From positions 38,185 through 102,184 of the IMG/VR virus record IMGVR_UViG_3300047553_000733: a stretch of DNA of 64,000 bases; one strand, 5' to 3'. The notes under the pieces were generated by a model. That model saw only the letters and a program-made list of their open reading frames with translations. It ran no database searches and was not told where the DNA came from. Each line of letters opens with the position of its first letter. Positions within the stretch are counted from its first letter, which is position 1. Origin of the DNA: a virus. Position numbers and translations under genes: made by a program. Below, piece by piece: positions 8,754 through 16,867 of this stretch.

Positions 8754-10538
8754 CTATCTCCTATATTGACTATCTACAAGTTCTTTGTGCCTAGCATCAC
8801 TGGCACCGCTAAGCCCTCGCATAGCTCGTTGATTGTCTACAGTAGTTTGACCACGATAAATTTCTGTAGACTTATAAAAGGGCACGTCTTGTAAAATTGC
8901 CATATAGGTTTCAAAACCTTGCGGCTGTCTAGCAATACTTGCTATACTAACTCCGCCAGCTAATTCGCTATCCTGTGCCTTTTGATTAATTGGTTTCGGT
9001 GGTGATTGATTACTAACATTATCTAAGTTAGGTATTGTGCCCAGAAATTTTTCTAGCGGATTGGTCGGCCCTATTACTTGTTTTTGCTCAGTGTTTATTT
9101 CAGGCAATAGGTCTATTTTTTGCTGCAGCGGTGTTGCAGCATATGTAGATTGAACAACAATACTTGATTGCTGTAATTGTTGTGGCGGGGGTACTAAAGA
9201 ATAAATACTGCTAGTTTGCTGCTGCTGTGATTGATCTACTAAAACAGGTAGTATAACTGTACTAACTACCTGTTGAGGTTCTACACTTTTTATCGTCACA
9301 GGTTGTGGTAAATTCTGAGAAAAACTTTCCACATTACTGCCGCCCGTACTTGCTAAACTAGTATTATTTCGCTGATTTTGATTGCTGGGCTGCAAGGAAA
9401 AATCTTGACGAATTGTATTTACAAAAGTTTGTTGTACACTAGTACTTTGCGAATTTTGTTGAATTTGCTGTTGTTCTTGTTGTTGCTGATTTTGTTTACT
9501 ACTAAAAGATTCTGCATCTTGTGTTGCTTTTTCAGCTTGTTTTGTAGCTTCTTGTATAGCTTGTTGAACTACTGAACGCTCTGTTCTACTAACCTGGGAC
9601 TGTACGCCAGTAATAATACTTAACAATGTACCAATGCTTGGTTGAGAGCTTTGTTTTTGAGTAACTTGTGGTGTAACTACAGCCATTACTGGAGTAGTAG
9701 TAGCTGTAACTGTAGCTGTGGCAGTAGTAGCCGTAGTTGTAGTTACTGGTTGTTGACCTACTGCACTAGTAACCACAGGTTCTGCAACTACTGTAGATTG
9801 TTGCGGGGTCGGGTCCGCTATTGCAATAGTTTTTGGTATTAATTTATTAAAAGCATCTAAATAACCGGGACAAGTTGGGGAGTACAGTGAGTTACTTACA
9901 CATGGATCAACACTGTACTTTAAGCTAAAGTTAATATTGTTTATTTCAGGACCATATGGGCCTGCCCAACCATTACTGTCACGACCAACAAAACCATAAG
10001 TTACATTTTTTAAGTCGTTGGCTATGAAAGGTGTTGTAAAAGTTTCACTAAAATTAAAAGTTGTCCAATTAAACTTATTAGTTAAATTGTAAGTATTATA
10101 GCTAACTACTTGATTATTTTGATTAGTAAAGTGAGTATAAGCATACAAGTAGTCAGTTTGTCCATTATCCCAGCCGTTACCATTTTTAGCAGTAAAACTA
10201 AAATTATAACCATTTACTCTTAAACCTGTGGCTGAAGGCAGGACACTAGCTACAGCTTGACTTTGGTATAGGTCCGTTTGGCCAAAAGAGAAATTTATAT
10301 TATTACCTGGTCGCACAATTGCATTTGGTCCGCAATATCCAGGATCACCCCACGTCCAGCATGTTAGACTGTTCTGATAAACGCCATTTGTCCAAGTACT
10401 TGGTCCACCTTGTTGCGTTTGTTGAACTATATTACCAGTAGTGTACTGTTGTCCAGGTACTAATTCTTGTGAATTAGAATAGCTTGAAGGCAACCATGCC
10501 AAGCAGAGCACCAAGACCCATTTTCTTATAAGTGTCAT
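8754..10538 (-). CDS. secreted protein: N-terminal beta-rich domain plus Q/S/T-rich region
   Basis: signal peptide; two Cys pairs; WAGPYGP motif; low-complexity Q/T/S linker. Confidence 0.75.
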   Translation of the reverse strand: MTLIRKWVLVLCLAWLPSSYSNSQELVPGQQYTTGNIVQQTQQGGPSTWTNGVYQNSLTCWTWGDPGYCGPNAIVRPGNNINFSFGQTDLYQSQAVASVLPSATGLRVNGYNFSFTAKNGNGWDNGQTDYLYAYTHFTNQNNQVVSYNTYNLTNKFNWTTFNFSETFTTPFIANDLKNVTYGFVGRDSNGWAGPYGPEINNINFSLKYSVDPCVSNSLYSPTCPGYLDAFNKLIPKTIAIADPTPQQSTVVAEPVVTSAVGQQPVTTTTATTATATVTATTTPVMAVVTPQVTQKQSSQPSIGTLLSIITGVQSQVSRTERSVVQQAIQEATKQAEKATQDAESFSSKQNQQQQEQQQIQQNSQSTSVQQTFVNTIRQDFSLQPSNQNQRNNTSLASTGGSNVESFSQNLPQPVTIKSVEPQQVVSTVILPVLVDQSQQQQTSSIYSLVPPPQQLQQSSIVVQSTYAATPLQQKIDLLPEINTEQKQVIGPTNPLEKFLGTIPNLDNVSNQSPPKPINQKAQDSELAGGVSIASIARQPQGFETYMAILQDVPFYKSTEIYRGQTTVDNQRAMRGLSGASDARHKELVDSQYRR

Positions 10539-11727
10539 CTAACTTCTCCTTTACTGGGCTAGGAATTTTCTCTGGATTCTGTTCCCATGCTAGCTTAGCT
10601 TGTTCACCGATTTTACCTTCATAAGGACAAGGAGTACCTGCTGCCATCATTGCATCCCAAACACGACGATCTTGACACATAGTAGCAACTGCTGCTACTT
10701 TCATACCCATATCAAATAGGGTTTTACTCAACTTTAGTCGCTCGCAGTTTAAATCACGAACTGTTCCACCACTGCTAACACCAAATATTTGTGTTTGTAC
10801 ACTGCCACTAGTACCTGTACTACATAGATCTTGATTACCACCACTTAACATACTTGGTGCAATTGCTGTTGCTGGTGGTTGTATTACTCGCTGCGTAACC
10901 TCACTAGTATTTTGATTTACATTGGTAACTGTGCCACTGTTAATATTTTGATTAACATTGGTATTTTGGTTTACATTATTATTAGTACTAGTGCTTGTAT
11001 TAATATTACGATTAGTCATATCACCAGTATTAATATTTGTATTAGTATTCTGATTAGTATTAGTACTTGTTGCCGTACTAGTATTAATATTGCGATTAGT
11101 CATATCGCCAGTATTAATATTATTGTTTGTACTAGTAGAATTACTGGTATTAATATTTCTGTATGTCATATCACCAGTATTAATATTGTTGTTTGTGTTT
11201 GTACTTGTACTTACATTATTGTTATTATAAGTCATTGTACCACTATTAACATTATAGTTAGTATTTGTACTAGTACTGGTGCTAGTATTAATATTGCGAT
11301 TAGTCATATCGCCAGTATTAACATTGTTGTTTTGATTAACATTGGTACTTGTACTAGTATTAACATTATTGTTATTGTTGGTCATTGTGCCAGTATTAAC
11401 ATTGTTGTTATTATAAGTCATTGTACCACTATTAACATTGTTGTTGTTAATAGTTTGTGTACCACTATTAATATTATTGTTTGTATTAACATTAGTACTT
11501 GTACTTGTACTCGTGTTATTATTATTGTTTGTGTTTGTACTATTAACAGTACTAGTACTTGTGTTAGTACTAGTACTAGTACTTGTGTTATTACTATTAA
11601 CAGTACTTGTACTAGTGCTAGTACTGTTAGTATCTACCAGTGTTTTGTTATCATAGGTAGTTGTAGTTTGCGCTAAGGCAGAACCTACAGCAAAGGTTAA
11701 TAATATTACCAAATTCTTTACTTGCAT
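10474..11727 (-). CDS. secreted Asn/Thr/Ser repeat protein with a C-terminal 4-Cys domain
   Basis: signal peptide ...GSALA|Q; long N/T/S repeat tract; PPATAIAP...CERLKLSK...GTPCP domain. Confidence 0.8.
   Translation of the reverse strand: MQVKNLVILLTFAVGSALAQTTTTYDNKTLVDTNSTSTSTSTVNSNNTSTSTSTNTSTSTVNSTNTNNNNNTSTSTSTNVNTNNNINSGTQTINNNNVNSGTMTYNNNNVNTGTMTNNNNNVNTSTSTNVNQNNNVNTGDMTNRNINTSTSTSTNTNYNVNSGTMTYNNNNVSTSTNTNNNINTGDMTYRNINTSNSTSTNNNINTGDMTNRNINTSTATSTNTNQNTNTNINTGDMTNRNINTSTSTNNNVNQNTNVNQNINSGTVTNVNQNTSEVTQRVIQPPATAIAPSMLSGGNQDLCSTGTSGSVQTQIFGVSSGGTVRDLNCERLKLSKTLFDMGMKVAAVATMCQDRRVWDAMMAAGTPCPYEGKIGEQAKLAWEQNPEKIPSPVKEKLDDTYKKMGLGALLGMVAFKLF
10900..11630 (-). repeat. intragenic imperfect tandem repeats (N[IV]N[ST]GxMTxxN; NINTSTST)
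   Basis: GDMT[NY]RNINTS four times; NSGTMTYNNNNV twice. Confidence 0.85.
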
Positions 11728-11742
11728 TTCTGCCCCCTTTAT

Positions 11743-12357
11743 TTAAGCACCAAATACGTGTAGCGCGTGCTCGTAGTGTTTTTGTCTATCTTCTAATCCG
11801 ATAGTACCGCCGTTAATTCGTTTTGTTAATGTTACGATGTCACCACGATCTGCCCACTGATTTAGGTTATTTGTTTCCCAGAACCAGCATGCACTCTGTG
11901 CTGCACCCTCAAAAGTTTCCATATACTCACTAGCTTCTTCAGGGCTAATGCCTAAACTGGCTGCAAACCAGCTGTAATTGTCACGACCAGTTACCTGTAT
12001 TAATCCGCGACCACAAAACCTCCAACCATCTCCGCTGGCCTCATCACCATTGCCCATGCGATTAGCATATACTCTGTTAGCAATCCTTTGTGGCTGCTTT
12101 TCGTATTGCTGCGCCAATGCGTCCGTTTGAAAATACTTGGGAAAAGTTTTTCGTAGGGACTGCCACTTATAGTTTAGATTCTCTTTGATAAAAACAAAAT
12201 TACCCGACTCATGAGCACACTGTGCTAAAAAAGCTGCTAATCGTTGCGGAGTGTCAATTTGGTACTGCGGCAGCAATTGTTCCAGTGCATTGAACCAATA
12301 TTGTGTATACTGATTTTTAGGTATAATTTGTTGTAAGTGTTGTAATTCTAATTCCAC
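11743..12357 (-). CDS. endolysin, glycoside hydrolase family 19
   Basis: AAFLAQCAHESG, ENLNY, YANRMGNG, GRGLIQVTGR, TKRING; likely GTG start at 12357 (TAGTG overlap, SD AAGGAG). Confidence 0.92.
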   Translation of the reverse strand: MELELQHLQQIIPKNQYTQYWFNALEQLLPQYQIDTPQRLAAFLAQCAHESGNFVFIKENLNYKWQSLRKTFPKYFQTDALAQQYEKQPQRIANRVYANRMGNGDEASGDGWRFCGRGLIQVTGRDNYSWFAASLGISPEEASEYMETFEGAAQSACWFWETNNLNQWADRGDIVTLTKRINGGTIGLEDRQKHYEHALHVFGA

Positions 12358-12617
12358 TACTTTAACTCCTTGTAAATATTTTGTTGTGTTTTGTACCACT
12401 CTTGCCAGCCATGTACTAACACACTACACTGATAGTGTTTTGTATAATTTTCTACAACTACTTTTGTTAAGTCTACTAAGCTGGCCTCTTTAGCTACTTC
12501 TTTAAGCTGCTCGCATTGTTGCATTAACACATCAGGTGCTTGCGGAAATTTTTGAGTAACTGGCACAGTAGTACTGCAACCAGTTAGTAGTAATAAAATA
12601 AGGACAATATACTTCAT
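12357..12617 (-). CDS. o-spanin (Rz1-like lipoprotein)
   Basis: lipobox LTGC, Pro-rich mature N-terminus, next to the endolysin. Confidence 0.85.
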   Translation of the reverse strand: MKYIVLILLLLTGCSTTVPVTQKFPQAPDVLMQQCEQLKEVAKEASLVDLTKVVVENYTKHYQCSVLVHGWQEWYKTQQNIYKELK

Positions 12618-13045
12618 GGTTTTGCTGCCTTATTTATTGTGGTAACTACCTCATCAGGTAATTTAGGACATTGTTCAATATACTTGACTACTTCTTGATT
12701 TTTTACAACTTCACGGTCTATATACTTTATAATGTCTTCACCACGCTCTTTTACGATTTGTTTTTTAGTGATTACTTTTTCAACTATTTTAACATTTTCC
12801 TCAGCGCTTTTAGCTTCTAAAGTTTTTACTTGTAGTTCTAAGGCGTGTGTACGCTTACGCCATGCATCATCATTGGCCTGCATTCCTAGCATGTACACAC
12901 TTAAAAATACTATGGCTATAGACGCCCACTTAAAAGTGCTACTATATGGTAAAACCTTTAGTGTACTGGACACTAGATATAGTACAATGCCTAAAAAGAA
13001 AGTTAATTGAAATATCCACGAAGGTAAAAAATTAAATATCCACAC
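12614..13045 (-). CDS. i-spanin (Rz-like)
   Basis: N-terminal TMs, periplasmic coiled coil, C-terminal Cys; ATGA overlap with the o-spanin. Confidence 0.8.
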   Translation of the reverse strand: MWIFNFLPSWIFQLTFFLGIVLYLVSSTLKVLPYSSTFKWASIAIVFLSVYMLGMQANDDAWRKRTHALELQVKTLEAKSAEENVKIVEKVITKKQIVKERGEDIIKYIDREVVKNQEVVKYIEQCPKLPDEVVTTINKAAKP

Positions 13046-13084
13046 TAAAATGCCTCCGGTAGTACTGAAAGTATTTCTTCCACG

Positions 13085-13780
13085 TCACTCCACCAATTCT
13101 GGAAATAAGTCTTTATGTATAAAATCATGTACCATTTCCTCTGTAAATCCTAAAGCCTGCAACACTTTAGGTGTGTGCGGGTTTTGTTTTTGTTGCTGAC
13201 AGTAAAAATTTTGGTGCTTGGTGTAGTTATACTCACGCACTAAGTCATCATAACTTTTAGGTGGTCTGCTATACATTATATTATCCAAGTAGTACACCAA
13301 CAACTCTTTACTTAAGTCTAATATTTCTACTAACTCAAACTCAGTATTAATGTTACCAGCTGCAACCATCTTATCACTAAATATCTTTTTAGCCCAGTCT
13401 GGCAGTACTCTAGGTTTTGACCACTCATAGCGGCTAACTTTATCACTAAAGTACTGATTAAACTTGTGCTCGGGATCAACAGGGCTAAAGTCTAAGAAAG
13501 CTCCTGTAACTTTATTTGGGCCAGCAACAAGGTCAAAACCAAATATTGGTGCACCGTCAAAAATATGCGGAAATACACATAGGTGCATCATCCACAGTTT
13601 CTTTGTTTCTGTAGCGTCTATTATGTCTAAGTGCATGCGTCTTGCAAGTGCACTACTATAAACTTGGTTAGTCCAGTTATAGGTGTTTGTTTCAGGCAGT
13701 AAAAAGGCCCGTGAGCTTAAAACTTTTTCAAGTTCTAGCGCATGGGCCTTTAACCTATTAAAGATTATACTCATCTGCAA
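13085..13780 (-). CDS. pcyX: ferredoxin-dependent bilin reductase, PcyA/PcyX type
   Basis: RRMHLD, MMHLCVFP, PIFGFDLVAG, DFSPV, LPDWA..IFS, YCQQQKQNPHT; Asp at the PcyA Glu76 position, as in PcyX. Confidence 0.85.
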   Translation of the reverse strand: MQMSIIFNRLKAHALELEKVLSSRAFLLPETNTYNWTNQVYSSALARRMHLDIIDATETKKLWMMHLCVFPHIFDGAPIFGFDLVAGPNKVTGAFLDFSPVDPEHKFNQYFSDKVSRYEWSKPRVLPDWAKKIFSDKMVAAGNINTEFELVEILDLSKELLVYYLDNIMYSRPPKSYDDLVREYNYTKHQNFYCQQQKQNPHTPKVLQALGFTEEMVHDFIHKDLFPELVE

Positions 13781-14279
13781 TCCTGCTAAACAGGTGCAAG
13801 GTTAACTCAAAGCATTTATTTGCTTCACTAGCCATGCTAACATCCAATTTAGTCCTTAATAGTTGTATTAATTCTTGACGATTTTGAAACTGGTACATTG
13901 CTCCGCTACCAGGTACTTTGCTTTTTATTATCTGACCACCGTATAAATCACCCATATGTTTGGTATATATGTGTGCCCATAAACCGTGATCAGTTAAACA
14001 CTTTACGTGTCTGCAGTATTCTGCGGTACTGTCAAATATAATTACTGGCTCGTCTAATTCCAGTAAGTCTTGCAGTATGTACTCACTGCGTTGTATGCCT
14101 GGCAAATCTTGTAACAAATGGTCTGCACAGTGCTCTAGTACTTGATATTGTAGCAACTGATTTGCTAAGTAAGTGGCGTATATGCCGCTAGTAATTTTTC
14201 CACCAAGTAGTAGTTGTGTAAACTTGTGATTTTCTGCAATTTCGTGGTTGTGATGTGTTAATTCTTTTAATGTTGACAT
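13758..14279 (-). CDS. hemO: heme oxygenase
   Basis: LKELTHHNHEIAE (proximal His), AHIYTKHMGDLYGGQII (distal helix), EANKCF. Confidence 0.92.
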   Translation of the reverse strand: MSTLKELTHHNHEIAENHKFTQLLLGGKITSGIYATYLANQLLQYQVLEHCADHLLQDLPGIQRSEYILQDLLELDEPVIIFDSTAEYCRHVKCLTDHGLWAHIYTKHMGDLYGGQIIKSKVPGSGAMYQFQNRQELIQLLRTKLDVSMASEANKCFELTLHLFSRIADEYNL

Positions 14280-15127
14280 ACATACTCATGTGGTTGTATA
14301 AATTTATAGTCGCCTATAAGATTTGTTCGCAGCTTTGTTAAATCTGCTTTGCTATAGTATTGATACTTTCCGCGCAACTCGTTGGGCATATCAATCCTGT
14401 GCGAGTTATCTGTGTACAGTCTAGCAATTTCTAAAAAGCTTGTAGCTACACCAGACCCTAAATTGTAGATGCCTGGGTGTTTGTTGGTATAATTAACCAT
14501 GACGTTTACTACATCGTCAACGCACACAAAGTCTCGTAGTATTTTTTCACTGCCATGAAACAGTGTAACTATACCTTCCTGCTCAACCTGTTCTTTAAAC
14601 TTGCTGATTGGGCTTTGCTGTGCACCTTTGTGCTGTTCGCCACTGCCGTAGACATTGAATGGTCTGAATACCCAGGTATTTGGCATGCTGGCAACCACCT
14701 CACTCAACTGTTTGGACACTGCATACGGATTGAGTGGATCTAGCTTGTCAGTTTCACAGAATGTTTCGCTATTGCCATATACACTAGCGCTGCTTGTGTA
14801 TACCAGAGGTATTTGCTTCAGCTGACAAAATTCTGACCAGCTAAGGGTATGGGTATAGTTATAGTTAAGCAGTCGTTTGCCATCCGTTTCTGTGGTGCTG
14901 GAAATCCCGCCACAGTGAAATACCTTGCATATGTCCAGCTTTAGCAACTCAGTCCAGTTTATATTGTCTAAATCACGGTAGGCCAAAAACTTTAGTGTTT
15001 TTAGGGTCATCAACTTGCTGGCATCACTACAATCATCAACAATTAATATATTTTCTATGCCTTGCTTATTAAGCAACTTGACCAAGTTACTACCAATAAA
15101 ACCAGCACCGCCTGTTACGACATACAT
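14267..15127 (-). CDS. hldD: ADP-L-glycero-D-manno-heptose 6-epimerase-like SDR
   Basis: VVTGGAGFIGSNLV, ISSTTETD, SSASVYG, PLNPYAVSK, FNVYG.GEQHKG, RDFV.VDD, GKYQYYSKADLTKLR. Confidence 0.88.
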   Translation of the reverse strand: MYVVTGGAGFIGSNLVKLLNKQGIENILIVDDCSDASKLMTLKTLKFLAYRDLDNINWTELLKLDICKVFHCGGISSTTETDGKRLLNYNYTHTLSWSEFCQLKQIPLVYTSSASVYGNSETFCETDKLDPLNPYAVSKQLSEVVASMPNTWVFRPFNVYGSGEQHKGAQQSPISKFKEQVEQEGIVTLFHGSEKILRDFVCVDDVVNVMVNYTNKHPGIYNLGSGVATSFLEIARLYTDNSHRIDMPNELRGKYQYYSKADLTKLRTNLIGDYKFIQPHEYVCQH

Positions 15128-15417
15128 TGAAAATATTCCTTGTCACTGAGCGCTTTATCGTCTATGAATACATCATAGCTAGGCTTTTTCATATGTAATT
15201 TGGTGTATTTGCAACCCCACGCCTCAAGCTGCTGTTGTGTAAGTTTGGTATAGTCTTTGCCACTGTGACCGCCACGCGCAGTCCAGTAGTGAATCTCATG
15301 CCCACTATCAAACAACTGATTTATGTGCTCAATACGATTTGTGTAAGGTCTGGCCAACTTATAGTTGCCGTTTGTGTTTGTGCAAATAGTGCCGTCAATA
15401 TCAATATAGTAAATCAT
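15115..15417 (-). CDS. small HAD-superfamily sugar phosphatase (possible GmhB role)
   Basis: DIDGTI, WTARG, KP..DVFIDDKA. Confidence 0.8.
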   Translation of the reverse strand: MIYYIDIDGTICTNTNGNYKLARPYTNRIEHINQLFDSGHEIHYWTARGGHSGKDYTKLTQQQLEAWGCKYTKLHMKKPSYDVFIDDKALSDKEYFQCMS

Positions 15418-15770
15418 CGCTGACTGTCGCCGGGTTGAACTCTGTAATTATCCTCTACGCTGTCTGGAGTGCTCACCTCTAATACAGTGCCTGCCTCCAA
15501 ACAAATAATTCTGTGTGGTACTAGCTTGGCGTTGTGGTGTACCCCGCCTTCGCCAATGATCTTCTTATGCACTTCTGCTGTGTTGGTGTCAATAGTTTCA
15601 ATTTCGAACCTACCACTTAACACATACCAAGTTTCCACTTTTTTACTATGAAAGTGCATTGAAAACTTAGCACCTTGATTAAAGTTTAAAAACTTACTGC
15701 AGTAGTGATCGTTTGTAGCCCATATCAATTCACTGCCCCAGCCCTTTTTAACTAATCCCTCTAATCTCAT
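15414..15770 (-). CDS. cupin, sugar-phosphate isomerase/epimerase-like
   Basis: KGWGSE, SMHFHSKKVETWYV, PHRI, LEVSTPDSVEDNYRV. Confidence 0.8.
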   Translation of the reverse strand: MRLEGLVKKGWGSELIWATNDHYCSKFLNFNQGAKFSMHFHSKKVETWYVLSGRFEIETIDTNTAEVHKKIIGEGGVHHNAKLVPHRIICLEAGTVLEVSTPDSVEDNYRVQPGDSQR

Positions 15771-16551
15771 CTATTTCTTTCAGTTTAGGCGCGTATACGC
15801 CAACATGTTTTACTGTTATGCCTGCTGCTAAGTTAGCAAACTTAATTGCCTGTTGCATACTGTTTGTATTCAAATACTCAAACACTAGTGCGGATAAAAA
15901 TGTATCGCCTGCTCCGCATACGTCGGCTACTTGCACTGGATCACTGGAAAAGTACTCACCCAGATATGTAGTACCGCGGCCGCCCAGTGTAACAATAATA
16001 TTATTGCCTACAGTGTGTGCTTGATTGCGTTCGTGCTCATTAATTTTAATAAACACATTTGGCTTATCAAACTGTTGCAAGTCTGTTTTCTTGGTATCTA
16101 TGAATACTGGACAAGTGGCTTGATCTATAATTTCGTGTAGTAACTCATAGCTTACACAGCCCTTGTTGTAATCACTAACCACAATTGCGTTATATATGGG
16201 AGGTATTTTAGTTTCCAGCTCCAGCGGCTTGCTGTATGCGTCTTGATCTAGGCGCATTATGTGCTGACCACTTTTACTGTCAATAAATCTAGTTTTAACA
16301 CTGCCTGGCAGTGTAAGCAGCTCAACTGTGCAATCAAGTGCCTGCAAGTTCTCGCGAACATTGGCAGCCATGCCCGGCTTTTCCAGCTCTGTTTGTGGTA
16401 CAAATACTGGCACAGGTGCTTCAGGGCTCAGCCTGTTAATACTTCCAAAAACATACTTATCAACGCAAACGTCGCCGATTAATAAAATGTTCCAAGATTT
16501 GCGTTGTTGAGTCAGTAGTTGTTCTGCTATAAAATTCAAGTCGTTTTGCAT
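15748..16551 (-). CDS. hldA: D-glycero-beta-D-manno-heptose-7-phosphate kinase (HldE domain I, PfkB family)
   Basis: IGDVCVDKY, RLSPEAPVPV, GMAANV, SDYNKG, DVCGAGDTF. Confidence 0.88.
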   Translation of the reverse strand: MQNDLNFIAEQLLTQQRKSWNILLIGDVCVDKYVFGSINRLSPEAPVPVFVPQTELEKPGMAANVRENLQALDCTVELLTLPGSVKTRFIDSKSGQHIMRLDQDAYSKPLELETKIPPIYNAIVVSDYNKGCVSYELLHEIIDQATCPVFIDTKKTDLQQFDKPNVFIKINEHERNQAHTVGNNIIVTLGGRGTTYLGEYFSSDPVQVADVCGAGDTFLSALVFEYLNTNSMQQAIKFANLAAGITVKHVGVYAPKLKEIDEIRGIS

Positions 16552-16867
16552 ATTCTGAACCGATTACAGGCTTGTTGCGATAGTCACTGCCTACAATCAT
16601 TATGTCTGGTCTATATTGTTTTACTAGTTGTGTTAGTTCTACATCACTGTCGAACACAACCACTTCATCAACCCAGCGTAAACTTTCTAATAGTTTTTTT
16701 CTGTTTTGTTGTGGATTTAGTGGTCTGTCCGCACCTTTTAACTTTGCAACCCTGTCATCAGAGTCGATACCTACAAGCAAAAAAGTACCTAAACTTGCCG
16801 CGTGCTGCAACAAGTTCAGGTGACTTGGATGTAAAACGTCAAAAGTGCCGTTTACAAATATTTTCAT
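16460..16867 (-). CDS. hldC: heptose-1-phosphate nucleotidyltransferase (HldE domain II)
   Basis: NGTFDVLHPSH, GIDSD.RV..LKG.DRP, GSDY, STTQI. Confidence 0.85.
   Translation of the reverse strand: MKIFVNGTFDVLHPSHLNLLQHAASLGTFLLVGIDSDDRVAKLKGADRPLNPQQNRKKLLESLRWVDEVVVFDSDVELTQLVKQYRPDIMIVGSDYRNKPVIGSEYAKRLEFYSRTTTDSTTQILEHFINRRRLR

Noticed and set aside
10879-11676. 265-aa plus-strand ORF and nested LVLV-rich ORF
   Set aside because: Antisense shadows of the N/T/S repeat gene.
13085-14279. Bilin genes as evidence of a cyanophage
   Set aside because: No psbA, hli, cpeT or petF in the window; the reductase is PcyX-like rather than PebS, and the backbone is T5-like.
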